Below, piece after piece: positions 51,101 to 60,073 of a DNA stretch of 60,073 nt. The notes under the pieces are model-generated. The model was not told the origin of the DNA, did no database searches, and saw nothing but the letters and a program-made list of their open reading frames with translations. The stretch's first letter is position 1; every line of letters starts with the position of its first letter. This stretch comes from a virus. Made by a program: the position numbers and the translations under genes. The DNA is taken from the IMG/VR virus record IMGVR_UViG_3300032087_004980; one strand, written 5' to 3'.

Positions 51101-54100
51101 AGACGAAGAGTTGTTAATGAATTAAATGCTCAAATTCTGGATTCAGAAAATCTTCTGAATGAGTATGATCATGCAGAGGATATTTTGAGGCGAGTCTTAG
51201 GTTACACCCTTGTTGATGGTGAGGCTGGTCCAGGGTCAAATGCTGACATTGGCAGTGTCAACGCCACTACCCTTAGGGATGGGATATTGTATTACTTTGC
51301 TGGGGGAGAGTCAGACGTTAGCCCCACGTACAACAACCCTAATGCCTTGAGATCGCACTTTGAGACGATGAGAAGCGATTCTCTTTATAATTATGAAAGT
51401 GGTGATCTCGCAGGAGACTTAGTGTTTGACAGAACTCCTAATATGACAGCCAATGGAGAGCTGTTGGTTGATGGTTTTGTTGGAAGCCCAAATGGCTTGG
51501 CGCTTGGATATTGGATTAACCCGTTTGAATACTACATGGGATATGTATCTACAGGTACTTCAGATGGACAGTCAGTACATGATTTGCCATATAGCCTTAA
51601 TGACGTCCAAACTCTAAATGCTTTTGATGGAAAGCTTAACAAGGAAATTAAAAATACTGGGTACGTCAACATAAACTTCACCAGCTTTATAGAACAAGAT
51701 CAGATAGAGTTTTCTGGCACAGAAAATGTCCCCTCTTATACGATTACGGATCCGCTTGGATGGTATAGGCAATTAATTCCACATATTGAAATCACATCAC
51801 AGTTGTCATTTGTTGCGGTTGGGGGGGACTCAGCGGATAGAAAAACGTTTAAGGCCAACGCTTTTCACGATTTTGGGATTGTGTACTCTGATTTTTATGG
51901 GAGACAAAGTAGCGTTTTCCCACTAGGCACAACGTTTGTTCCGCCCATGGCTGAGCAAGAGGGGAATGTGGGGCTTGGAGGCCCAGTGGATATCAGTATT
52001 CAGATTAATAATGAGCCTCCATCTTGGGCTTATTCTTATCAAATTGTGTATGCTGGCAACACATCATACGATAAGTTTATACAATATAGCGTTGGAGGAG
52101 GGTTTGTAACGGACACAGAGTTTGATTTAAACGATGACTTGGGTGTAGTTTCTACAGGAAACATCTATGTTTCTTTAAATTACCTTCAAGGCAACAGTGA
52201 TGTCTCTTATGTAGACGCATTTGGTGCAAGGCCTGCTGATGGCAGCGATACGTTTTATCAGTATAGACCAGGCGATAAGCTAAGAGTTATTTCTTACAAC
52301 GAGGGCGGTGCTAGAATTTACGCGAACAACGTGGAGTTTGACATTGTTGACGTAGTCACACTTGGGAGTGACACTGATCAGAACCCTCTGTACTCGCCTG
52401 TAAACCAGGAGGAGATACCAAAGTATCTTACGGGTACTTTTGTGGTGCTAAAAAACAATCCTACCGCCAGCGGTTTTAGCGTCAACTCAATTCAAACAAA
52501 CATTCTTCCCAATTCCTCTTCACTCTGGAACAACAGGTGTGTAGTTGAGATTTATACGCCTTCCTTGTTGAGAGATAGCGATGAGGTGGCGTATAGAGAA
52601 ATAGGCGAGTCTTACAAGGTTTTGAGGGGGCCAGACCCTAACGGTCCTATTGGATCAGCTGTATTGAGTCACCAGTATAATCCTCTCACCCTCAAAGATG
52701 GAGATGTGTACTTTAGAAGACACGCTGTAAACCTCGCGCCTCTTTCTGATGGGCAATTTCAAAGCATTGTCCAACCCATTGGATCGTCCATTCCAGCGTT
52801 TTTCAACTTTTATTTAGAGTCAGAAACATTTAGCGACACAATTCTAAGAGCAAATCAGTATAGTTACGGTAGGGCAAAATTGGTGGATCCTAACGCTGCT
52901 GAGGTTAGAAGGTATGCAAGCATAATTTTCTCAGATCAAGACGACTACACAGATGTACAACTGAGGCTTAATTCGTATGACGCCACAAAGCAGCCTTTTA
53001 AAGATCTCCCCAATTCATACGGTTCTATTGCTTGCATATTGGATTATAATGATAGCCTATTTGTTCTGCAAAACACAAAGGTTAGTTCAGTTCCAGTGAA
53101 CAGAACGATTGTTTCTGATGCCTCTGGATCTGAAACGGTTCTTGCTACATCAAAAGTTCTTGGCGTTCAAAGGTTTTACGCTGGCGAGAACGGCTGTGAC
53201 ACAAATCCAGAATCTGTTGCTATGTACGGCAACACAATATTCTGGGCGAATAAGCAAAGAGGAGAAGTATATAAGTTTAATCTTTCTTCAGGTGTTTCGA
53301 TTATTTCTGACAGGGGCATGAAGTCTTATTTCAGAGATATGTTTTCTACTCTTTTAAACTCTCCTGGAAAAACGAGAGTTGCTGGAGGGTATGATGCAGA
53401 ACACGACGAGTATATCATTTCTGCCTACAACCAAAATATTCTTGACTTTACAGGGTCTATTTTTGTATTCCAGGACGATGCATTCCCGTCTGATACTGCA
53501 GAAGATGAATTTATTGATTTCACCACGCAGCAGGGAGACCTTACTTTGGAGGAAGAGGCTGGTTTGATTGCTGATTTAGAGCAAGCTCAGCTAGACCTAC
53601 AGGTATATCTTAACTTAGAAAATAATCTTAGTGAAGCAGAGGCTGAAGTAGAATCTCTTACAGCTCAAATTGCTGTGCTTCAACAAGAACTAGCTCTTGC
53701 TAATACGGGCGGAGGTTCAGGAAATATTAGTGATTTAAATGCGGCAATATCAGATTTGATTCAGCAGGCAGCTGATGCTGATAATGAAGCTCAAGCATTT
53801 TTTGATTCTCAGGTTGGGACGATGAGCGTAGAGGAGAGTTTGCAGTCGAACACGAGAGCTCTTTTTGCGCAGACTAGAGATGTTTACGCACGAATCCTTG
53901 ATCTTCTAGGCTTTGAATATGATATAGATGATTCAGGCCTAAACCTGCTAAATCCAGGCTCCTTCCCATCCAACCCCGTCTTGGAAGTTCAAACTGCCTT
54001 TGTGGGGGGTAGTCCAATAGTTTCAGATGAACAAGAGTTTATAGACTTTCCGTTTGGGGCAAATGGACAAATACTAACAATACCTCCATGGCTTGCTGCA

Positions 54101-56494
54101 GAGCGATGTGCATCCATCATGCAACTTTGTCAGTACTTAGTCGATTGGTATGACGAGAGCGAAACTATACTCTATGGTAGAGGGGCAGTGGAGCCTTTTA
54201 CTGAAGAAGATATTGCAGATACTTTCACCACAGGATATGGCGTAGGTGTTTTCCCAAAGGAAGGCTCATTTAATTACCTTAGCATTAATACTGATATTGT
54301 AGGGGGTGATGCGGCTGGAGACGATGCCCTGGGCGGCGTCGTGGGGGCATTGGATCCGCGAGCTAAGCTAAATCAGCAGATTGAACTTTACTTTGAGTTG
54401 TTTGCGGTTGGAAGTGCTTACATTTCTGAAAATGTTCTTGAGGAGCTAGAGGCTGCTACACTGGAAGCACAAGCGGCCCAGGCATTTGCTGAAGAGAGTT
54501 TTCTCAGTGTTCTTTCTCAGATTTATGAAATTGTTCTTGGAGCTTCTACATTCCTTGTACCTGACTTGTCCAAGGAAGAGCTTCCTGAATCAGAATTAGA
54601 TTATTCAGATCCAGTAAATGTTAGTGCTGAAGATATTGATCCGTCTAATGCATTTGGATTCTTGTCACTGTCCTTTATAAATGATATTCTAGCGACAAAC
54701 GGAGATCCTTTATCTGTGTTTGCAGTGCTAGAAAGCTATGGTCAAGAAAACATTGGTTTTTCCCAAATGATTTCTAATTACATCTCGTTAGGAATACATA
54801 GCAATGTGACAGTTCCTGCGATTGAACAGTTTGAAGCAAAAGATCAACAGATAGTGAATGTCGTCACCACCAGAGATTCTCTTGCTTTTGCCTTGGCTCG
54901 TATTCTTAATTCAATAGATGTTTCGACAGACAATCAGTTCCTGCAAGCCTTAATTGATGGCGGTATAAATGCAACGTTGGCGGCAGCCATAACAAGCAGC
55001 TACGGATCTACGGGCGCTGCATTTGCTGGAATTGTAAACAGTTTTGACACAGACGGCGATGGCATTATAACAGCTGAAGAGGTTGAAGCCGCATTGCCAA
55101 CTGGAGCACTCAGCCTTGCTTTTGGATCTCTTGGAGGCAGCCAAACTTGGGAGGGAGTTAAATCAGACATTAGCGGACTTCTTGAAGGGGTGTTTAATCT
55201 TGCAGAAAGCATGGGTCTTACTGGCCCATCAGATGATTTCCAAGAAGGGTTTGACGTATCTGACGTTGAGACGCTTGAGTTTTTGAGAGCGCGCTTACAA
55301 GATCCTCTGTGGTCTGAAGGGGATGAAGCGTTTATCTCTGAAACTGTAGACGAGGCTATTCGCATAGTTCAAGGAAAAGCTGAAAGCCAGGCCTCTTTGA
55401 TATCTATCTATGAAGAGTTGGAGAGCACGTTCCAGCAAATATCCACTATAACAAATAACCTTGGTTATAGCCTGTATCAAGGGGATTTGACGGCTGATAT
55501 TCAATCAGAGGTATACAGAGGTGTTTGGCATAATGCTGTTGAGGCAGTTGCTAGAGATGTTGGGATGGCCATATCCCATCTTCGTAATTGGCAAAACCTT
55601 TTTTCTGCTCAAGTACCAAACGAATTGAATCAGTCAACAAGTACATCGTATTTGGATGGAGAGGTGTCAACACAGATCGACAACCTTGAAGAAAACATTG
55701 GGGGATACTGGGCTAATTTCTCTCCTATTGGACTGCGCGGCGTCCAAGCTGAAAATATTTTGAGCGGAGAAAACATCATGATAGACCTTGTTGGGGACGG
55801 GTCTGTTGTCGTCCCAGGCTTTAGCGGATGGCTGGGCTTGTCTTCTGTGTTGAGCAAGGTCAATCAAAACATAAAGATTTTGCTGGACCAAAGCACAGAC
55901 CTTAATCTAGATGACATGTTTTCTTTCTCCCTTGGTGCTGGGGAGACAAGCAACGTTACTAGTCTTACAGCTCAAACCTGGGCAACTCTACCAGAAAATC
56001 AGCGCAATTTGTATGCAGTAATAAATGGAGCTGGCGTTGGCACTGGTGACGTTATCAATGACTTACAGGGTGCTTTCGTAGACCCATCACTGGCATTTAC
56101 AACACAAGATGTAGCAAACTTTGTCTCTAATGCATTGAATACTGAAAGTGAGTTTTACAACGCAGACTTCGCAGACAGTGTCGTTAATGCTCTTATCCGT
56201 CCAACGTTTAGCCTTGGATATTCGAGTAATGAGTCTCAACAAACAGGTGACTTTAATCAAGACGGCATTGCTTCATTTAATGACCTAACTGATCTTATGT
56301 TTGTTATGATAAATGAGCACAGCGCGTCGAATCTGCAGATTTATGGTACCGTTAACTTCGTGGAGCTGCCTGACCAATTCACTCTTCCAGGAGGGACTTT
56401 AGATGCTCTTCAAGCTATCGCCTCTGTTACTTCTGGCACTCCATTCCAGGGGTCTAGCGATGCTTCATTCTACGATCAATTCACAGAGGAATAA
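48155..56494 (+). CDS. Giant virion protein (2779 aa; tail/fibre-like) with a central coiled coil and two EF-hand/dockerin-like Ca-binding loops
   Basis: 8.3-kb uninterrupted ORF. Coiled coil ..LEQAQLDLQVYLNLENNLSEAEAEVESLTAQIAVLQQELALA... DTDGDGIITAEE (nt 55046-55081) and DFNQDGIASFND (nt 56249-56284). Confidence 0.85.
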   Translation: MAVNKVFPRVLSKSKDTRVRKKTEMSDALNVRATESLDAFKKGLDESGDAGNEISNSGNMGVVKPVLGNTIIGVEGSGDGIVDAQSQYSIIGSVTDEAKGVVYFFMWHQNPSKHGVLMYDDAVGNVQIVFQNRFFNFYYNSVVQGSVTHVSSVESGQGVGEKTFLYFTDNYNEPRCLDILACLRGDYIGYNDAELVEFISMCPITPLRSIVPVWGYDPVRTSSAFRNSRGLQFAYQNVYNNGTVSAFSIYSKLAVNPAYLGQGADPTPDVEGYNFISVRIPEQSKNVDYIKLYGREGNDGAWFYIDDLRSSEAAAGSEWTGPHNGDLAVNANNEGIIPYVYYAYRYYGDRLISYVPEDITFKQFDSVPKLAEAFDICNDRSFFGNYVEGFDKVAIDANISYVSRPRPDDFQEVDLKLVPEVRALPQKTNFNLETGEFTDLVRNRVSGFRLDMSGAPEVFDPGTTLNISITCNPDKNIHLYQAQDSFHSSIFVTHDPGGSSDLKDKVQEDGGAVFENTLLSKGFNPIQQAHGKVSSVQSPSLFSGMPNLTVKDLGWDPIANLEETYQNRPSAVWNSSSPNESSAEVCYGTSASNPLILSGRVMTFNVRLLVNNSITRSELKGFIGAVLTGAEIILPSQGPAGPGQLVSSDVTIIDVKSTSSYSIDLGLNSYDYFSSQSPSGQKVCFVTDRTLSENSEPVNQPPCGYFIVNKADVTFGLIDCIHPTIFNPNKKYEDGSYYDLIGVNNVQTDDVFLALDLLDIQNEEVLTCIPDIKGGYQNTASCRYQALIDNHVEYVAQINPGDPDSDLLAGGVFQDQIFEFKESEYFETISNRISGWVCLRKSAVASLINGATDISELTNLLTSVATKVDVKNIYNGTYSGGVMRQYRSEPPINNNFATGITGSLGILQYPIGTEDFLGGASMPSSLSYGVEPTVFQLSFITRLLGYMDLPGRAVGSGGGVDPALDGGRPASDTNPSGTLVCTRRRVVNELNAQILDSENLLNEYDHAEDILRRVLGYTLVDGEAGPGSNADIGSVNATTLRDGILYYFAGGESDVSPTYNNPNALRSHFETMRSDSLYNYESGDLAGDLVFDRTPNMTANGELLVDGFVGSPNGLALGYWINPFEYYMGYVSTGTSDGQSVHDLPYSLNDVQTLNAFDGKLNKEIKNTGYVNINFTSFIEQDQIEFSGTENVPSYTITDPLGWYRQLIPHIEITSQLSFVAVGGDSADRKTFKANAFHDFGIVYSDFYGRQSSVFPLGTTFVPPMAEQEGNVGLGGPVDISIQINNEPPSWAYSYQIVYAGNTSYDKFIQYSVGGGFVTDTEFDLNDDLGVVSTGNIYVSLNYLQGNSDVSYVDAFGARPADGSDTFYQYRPGDKLRVISYNEGGARIYANNVEFDIVDVVTLGSDTDQNPLYSPVNQEEIPKYLTGTFVVLKNNPTASGFSVNSIQTNILPNSSSLWNNRCVVEIYTPSLLRDSDEVAYREIGESYKVLRGPDPNGPIGSAVLSHQYNPLTLKDGDVYFRRHAVNLAPLSDGQFQSIVQPIGSSIPAFFNFYLESETFSDTILRANQYSYGRAKLVDPNAAEVRRYASIIFSDQDDYTDVQLRLNSYDATKQPFKDLPNSYGSIACILDYNDSLFVLQNTKVSSVPVNRTIVSDASGSETVLATSKVLGVQRFYAGENGCDTNPESVAMYGNTIFWANKQRGEVYKFNLSSGVSIISDRGMKSYFRDMFSTLLNSPGKTRVAGGYDAEHDEYIISAYNQNILDFTGSIFVFQDDAFPSDTAEDEFIDFTTQQGDLTLEEEAGLIADLEQAQLDLQVYLNLENNLSEAEAEVESLTAQIAVLQQELALANTGGGSGNISDLNAAISDLIQQAADADNEAQAFFDSQVGTMSVEESLQSNTRALFAQTRDVYARILDLLGFEYDIDDSGLNLLNPGSFPSNPVLEVQTAFVGGSPIVSDEQEFIDFPFGANGQILTIPPWLAAERCASIMQLCQYLVDWYDESETILYGRGAVEPFTEEDIADTFTTGYGVGVFPKEGSFNYLSINTDIVGGDAAGDDALGGVVGALDPRAKLNQQIELYFELFAVGSAYISENVLEELEAATLEAQAAQAFAEESFLSVLSQIYEIVLGASTFLVPDLSKEELPESELDYSDPVNVSAEDIDPSNAFGFLSLSFINDILATNGDPLSVFAVLESYGQENIGFSQMISNYISLGIHSNVTVPAIEQFEAKDQQIVNVVTTRDSLAFALARILNSIDVSTDNQFLQALIDGGINATLAAAITSSYGSTGAAFAGIVNSFDTDGDGIITAEEVEAALPTGALSLAFGSLGGSQTWEGVKSDISGLLEGVFNLAESMGLTGPSDDFQEGFDVSDVETLEFLRARLQDPLWSEGDEAFISETVDEAIRIVQGKAESQASLISIYEELESTFQQISTITNNLGYSLYQGDLTADIQSEVYRGVWHNAVEAVARDVGMAISHLRNWQNLFSAQVPNELNQSTSTSYLDGEVSTQIDNLEENIGGYWANFSPIGLRGVQAENILSGENIMIDLVGDGSVVVPGFSGWLGLSSVLSKVNQNIKILLDQSTDLNLDDMFSFSLGAGETSNVTSLTAQTWATLPENQRNLYAVINGAGVGTGDVINDLQGAFVDPSLAFTTQDVANFVSNALNTESEFYNADFADSVVNALIRPTFSLGYSSNESQQTGDFNQDGIASFNDLTDLMFVMINEHSASNLQIYGTVNFVELPDQFTLPGGTLDALQAIASVTSGTPFQGSSDASFYDQFTEE

Positions 56495-56500
56495 AAAGTC

Positions 56501-57511
56501 ATGCCAACAATAGGATTTAGCAACAAGACAAATCAATGGACAAGCAGGTACAGCTATGCCTCCTCAGACTTTAGTAGGGTGAGGAGTAAATTTATGTCTT
56601 CGCCTAGCTCTCCTCTTGTCAATGCTCAATACGAAAGCCCTATATGGCTGCACAACTCAGGGGAGCAATACAATACATTTTATGGTAGTGCCACCCCAAG
56701 TTCTTTGGTGGTTTCGTTTAACGAAAAGTCATCTAACAACAAGATCTTTAAGACCTTTTCTATTGAAGGGAGTGGCAATCTTGAAGGGTCTTTGTCTGTA
56801 ATGAAAACCAACAATCACATAGACGTCAGGGACGTTAACGCCCCAAATCAGTCTGTTTCGATTGACTTTTTAAGGACCATCAACGGTACCACTTACGGAC
56901 CAATAGCTCAAGAAAATGGATTGTTTCCTGGTAAGAACGTCTTTAACCTGGGCAGGATTACAGGGGTAAGGTTTTCCCCCTTTACTCCTGGTCAGAGTCC
57001 TATCCCATCGCACTACAAGGTGTTTTTAGATCCAAACACAGGCATCTCACCTCAAGTATTTCAGACAGCGTCATTGCAGATGAAGATCTGCATCTTGACA
57101 GTCAATCAGTCAAACTCTCAGGGGACTAGATATTTATTCCCAAACGGTCAGCAACTAGGCGTCACACAAATGGTTGATCAGACCTACTCAACCATATCAT
57201 CTCTTACCCAGGATGTTGCCGCATTTAATGATGGGTCTTTTGCGAATGAATACGCTGCCTTTGATCCGCAAAACATGGCATTTAATTACACCTCACCCAA
57301 CAACAACTTGCAGCGGGTAATTGATTTTCAACTAGAACAGCCAAATACAGACGTGTATCTTATTGGTGTGGCCCATCCGTCTTTGGTTGGGGAGCCAGCA
57401 CGTGGCAAGTTTGCTGAAGCCTCTATTCAAATCCCTGTATCAAAGGGTTATTTTGAGATCAGCAGCCTCAACCTCCAGTACGAGCCAATCCAGCTCGCTC
57501 ACGATAAATGA
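56501..57511 (+). CDS. Virion-module protein (336 aa)
   Basis: Clean ORF, 6 nt after the giant gene. Confidence 0.75.
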   Translation: MPTIGFSNKTNQWTSRYSYASSDFSRVRSKFMSSPSSPLVNAQYESPIWLHNSGEQYNTFYGSATPSSLVVSFNEKSSNNKIFKTFSIEGSGNLEGSLSVMKTNNHIDVRDVNAPNQSVSIDFLRTINGTTYGPIAQENGLFPGKNVFNLGRITGVRFSPFTPGQSPIPSHYKVFLDPNTGISPQVFQTASLQMKICILTVNQSNSQGTRYLFPNGQQLGVTQMVDQTYSTISSLTQDVAAFNDGSFANEYAAFDPQNMAFNYTSPNNNLQRVIDFQLEQPNTDVYLIGVAHPSLVGEPARGKFAEASIQIPVSKGYFEISSLNLQYEPIQLAHDK

Positions 57512-57519
57512 TAAATACT

Positions 57520-57527
57520 TAAATTTG
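57520..57527 (+). promoter_or_regulatory. Late-type -7 box TAAATTTG, 5 nt before ATG 57533
   Basis: ACTTAAATTTGtagctATG. Confidence 0.4.
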
Positions 57528-57532
57528 TAGCT

Positions 57533-58555
57533 ATGCCTGCATTTGACATTATACACACACTAATCTTTGGGCATGACCTGCCACACCTGGTGACAGCGGG
57601 GATTGACCCGTTCACCCTTGCCATCATAGCTCAGGCAGTAGGCAGTGGAATCAAGGGCTTCAGAGACAAAGAAGAAGCAGAGGAGATTCAACAAAAGGGC
57701 GAAGAAGCCTACGACGAGTACAGCAAAAAGCTGCTTGACATTGGCAAGCAACAGCGATCTGTAGATCAGGGGGTTTATGACTTAGAGCAGAACATTCGCA
57801 AGATGAATGAGGCTCGAAGGCAGGAAATTGAAAATGCATCCAACAGGGCTGAGGCAACCTTGCTTCGTAACGTCAACAATCCAAGAGCGGCTGCCAATGT
57901 AAACGAAGCTCTTAAAAATATTTCTGTAGGCCGCGATCAGGCTTTGTTGGGCACTATGCAGGGCGATATAAATGCTCAAGCCGCTACCCTGGCCCAAGAG
58001 CAAAAGGTAGCTGACGAAAATTTTCAGCGTTTGTTTGACATGGAGAGCTTTCTTTACGGGAGCGAACTTCAAAGGGCAACGGGATCTGCTGAGGCTGCCA
58101 GACAGCAGAGAATTGATGCGGAAAACTTGTTGATCGACACACTTCCTGATGCATTTACAGCGTATGGAAATCTTCAGGATACTCCAGTCCCCACAGAGGA
58201 AGATGGGGGTATAGTAAAGGCTAAGAGCGGTTCTGCAATCATGACTCCAGGCGAGTTCAGCCACGAAACCAATCCTCAGAATGTGAGGGCAGAAGACGGG
58301 AAAATGATCCTTGAAAATAAAAAAGGGGAAGACGTTGCTGAGTTTACAGGAGGGGAGATTGTCATCACAGAAGACGGCAAGGAAGAAGGAATGTACGTCG
58401 TGGCACCAACGGATGCGGTTTCTCTTAAAGAAATGACAGAGAAGGGAGACAAAGAGGGCGTGTTTAAGTTCTGGAAAAATCTTCTTAAAAGGTTTGAGCT
58501 AGAGCAAGCAGAGCACGAGGCTAAAAAAGAGCAAATGCGAGAGGAAAATGTCTAA
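57533..58555 (+). CDS. Putative internal virion protein (340 aa; N-terminal hydrophobic segment plus coiled coil)
   Basis: ..DPFTLAIIAQAVGSGIKGF.. followed by a long charged helical region. Confidence 0.7.
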   Translation: MPAFDIIHTLIFGHDLPHLVTAGIDPFTLAIIAQAVGSGIKGFRDKEEAEEIQQKGEEAYDEYSKKLLDIGKQQRSVDQGVYDLEQNIRKMNEARRQEIENASNRAEATLLRNVNNPRAAANVNEALKNISVGRDQALLGTMQGDINAQAATLAQEQKVADENFQRLFDMESFLYGSELQRATGSAEAARQQRIDAENLLIDTLPDAFTAYGNLQDTPVPTEEDGGIVKAKSGSAIMTPGEFSHETNPQNVRAEDGKMILENKKGEDVAEFTGGEIVITEDGKEEGMYVVAPTDAVSLKEMTEKGDKEGVFKFWKNLLKRFELEQAEHEAKKEQMREENV

Positions 58556-60073
58556 CGGATTCCTTTACACCACGCCAGCCCCAACCCAAACTCCTGGGTT
58601 TGAGGATATCAACCAGTCTATTCAGGTTCGTAACGCTAGGTTTCAGAGAGCCATTGAAAGGGACCAGGCGCTCAAAAATGCTCAGCAGGTTCAGCAGGCA
58701 AGAGAGCTGGCCAATGCTAAAAAAATAGCGGCTACGAATGCAGCTCGCGCGGACGGATATGATTCTAGCAAACTTATTCCACCATTGCGCCCTCTGTTCA
58801 ATGAGTACAGGCAACAAAAGCTAGAAGAAACAAACTACTTCACCGCAGACACTGCTGTGGTTGAACAGGCTCTCGATGACATACAAGATTGGTATGTAAA
58901 GCACACCGCTCACACTCAGGATGAGTCAGTTGTGGGTTTGCACGATCAGCTTTTTGAGCTTGCCAGTGACCCTGGGAAAAGAAACGATTACGCAAAAGAG
59001 AAGTCACCTATTGCTCAGCTGGACCTGGATATCAACAAGTTTGCTGAAAGAGAGATGTACTATCGAGGTGGCTTTGCGACTAACTACAGGCTTGGTGAGA
59101 ACGGTGTTGTCTACGCCCTGCCTGCTGGAGGAGACCAAGGCGAGATGCCTATCTATGAAATGGAGGCCTGGACGAATGCCAGCATTTATGATCCCATGCA
59201 ATTTCTAGGTAGCAAGGCTACCAAGACGATGCTTGAAATTGCCACAGGAGTTGTTCAAGAGGCAGCAACCACCCTGGATAAAGAGTATGACCCTAATAAA
59301 GCGCTTGAAAAAGCTACATCAATCATCAAGTTGAATCAAACTAATGATGGATTGGAGACTCGCATGCGAATCATTGAAGATTACTTCCCTGATGCAATGC
59401 TTGGGAACACTCAACTTGTAAACGAATACATTGCAAACGAAAGAGACAACGCGGGCAACTTTATTGGTGAGAACGCCAAGACATATCAAGAGGCAATCTT
59501 TAGGTATGAAAGCCAAGCAATACAGGACCTTGTAAGGCAGGCTGCGTTCGAGGGTAAAAGACAAGATGACGAATCTGGAAATAACACCAACGGGCTGACG
59601 CTTCAAGAAGTGGAGGCAGAGGTGTTTGACAGCAGCCCCGCTGCTTTCCGTCAAATTAGTGGAGACCCAAGCATGATGTTTGGCAACGTTGACGCACTGC
59701 GGAGAGGAGAAGGCCTGGCATTTGCAGAGCACTACACCCTCGAAAGACTTACAAAGGACAGGGTAAAGGTTGATATTGAAAACCCATCGTATGTTCCTAC
59801 GGTAAATGCAGCAGGCGAAGAGGTTTATCCTGACGTTGACCCAGTCATTCAGATTGCGCCAACAGACTTGGCCATTGCCCCAACTGGTGACGGCAAGTAT
59901 CAGGTTGTAATAAACAACATTTCAGTTGATGGATCGCCATACAGTATGGCCATTCTAGATGGTGAGCAAGACATTGACGTCATTAAGAAGATTGACTTCT
60001 ACTTAAAGGACAGCTATGATGGTCACATGAGCATAGACAAGCTTGTAGAAAGAGCTTATCAGAAGTACAATGC
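58548..60073 (+). CDS. Putative internal virion protein, 5' part (continues through the junction to 161)
   Basis: ATG at 58548 overlaps the upstream stop by 8 nt. I translated the frame by hand to 60073 and found no stop. Confidence 0.75.
   Translation, partial: MSNGFLYTTPAPTQTPGFEDINQSIQVRNARFQRAIERDQALKNAQQVQQARELANAKKIAATNAARADGYDSSKLIPPLRPLFNEYRQQKLEETNYFTADTAVVEQALDDIQDWYVKHTAHTQDESVVGLHDQLFELASDPGKRNDYAKEKSPIAQLDLDINKFAEREMYYRGGFATNYRLGENGVVYALPAGGDQGEMPIYEMEAWTNASIYDPMQFLGSKATKTMLEIATGVVQEAATTLDKEYDPNKALEKATSIIKLNQTNDGLETRMRIIEDYFPDAMLGNTQLVNEYIANERDNAGNFIGENAKTYQEAIFRYESQAIQDLVRQAAFEGKRQDDESGNNTNGLTLQEVEAEVFDSSPAAFRQISGDPSMMFGNVDALRRGEGLAFAEHYTLERLTKDRVKVDIENPSYVPTVNAAGEEVYPDVDPVIQIAPTDLAIAPTGDGKYQVVINNISVDGSPYSMAILDGEQDIDVIKKIDFYLKDSYDGHMSIDKLVERAYQKYN
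59983..60073. repeat. Second copy of the 91-nt terminal overlap
   Basis: Identical to 1-91. Confidence 0.97.

Noticed and set aside
55046-55081. FDTDGDG as a DxDGD catalytic motif of a two-barrel (crAss/YonO-like) virion RNA polymerase
   Set aside because: The 12 residues fit a complete EF-hand loop (DxDxDGxIxxxE), and a second dockerin-like loop lies 400 aa downstream. The early promoters look host-sigma-dependent, so no virion RNAP is required. This cannot be fully excluded without profile searches.

Overview
The window is one complete, circularly closed dsDNA phage genome of about 59,982 bp. Bases 1-91 are identical to 59983-60073, and one gene runs through the junction.

The host is almost certainly a member of the Bacteroidota (Flavobacteriia-like). 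Three things point that way: a phage gene encodes a Sec signal peptide plus a type IX secretion (T9SS) C-terminal sorting domain; the intergenic promoters fit the Bacteroidetes TTTG-N20-TAnnTTTG architecture; and Shine-Dalgarno sequences are absent.

Layout: a ~0.8-kb non-coding control region (23554-24346) fires two divergent units.
- The leftward (minus-strand) early/replication arm runs 23553 to 11616. It has three near-identical early promoters and many translationally coupled mini-ORFs. It also encodes a DnaA-domain-IV-like HTH protein, an exonuclease plus annealing protein, an SSB-like protein with a DDLPF tail, a primase-helicase and two PD-(D/E)xK-like proteins.
- The rightward ~47-kb arm runs from 24347 through the junction to 11540. 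It encodes a HEXXH protein, an M15 endolysin, a LamG protein, an HNH endonuclease, tRNA-Arg(UCU) plus an aberrant tRNA-like element, TerL and portal. It continues with basic proteins, scaffold, major capsid, a 2779-aa tail/fibre-like giant and large internal-virion-like proteins.
- The two arms converge on a 9-bp-stem hairpin at 11542-11565.

No DNA polymerase, RNA polymerase, integrase or CRISPR array was recognised.

The most unusual content is a five-gene envelope cassette (5078-9339) inside the virion operon. It encodes a holin-like TM protein, a Cys-rich T9SS cargo, an OMP-like beta-barrel protein, a TM coiled-coil protein and a secreted thioredoxin-fold-like protein.

Other notable signals:
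- TATATTTG late promoter boxes sit only 4-5 nt from start codons, suggesting leaderless mRNAs.
- A high-GC island covers the first early genes.
- The control region has origin-like iterons and a DnaA-box-like site.

All functional calls rest on motifs read by eye; no database search was possible.
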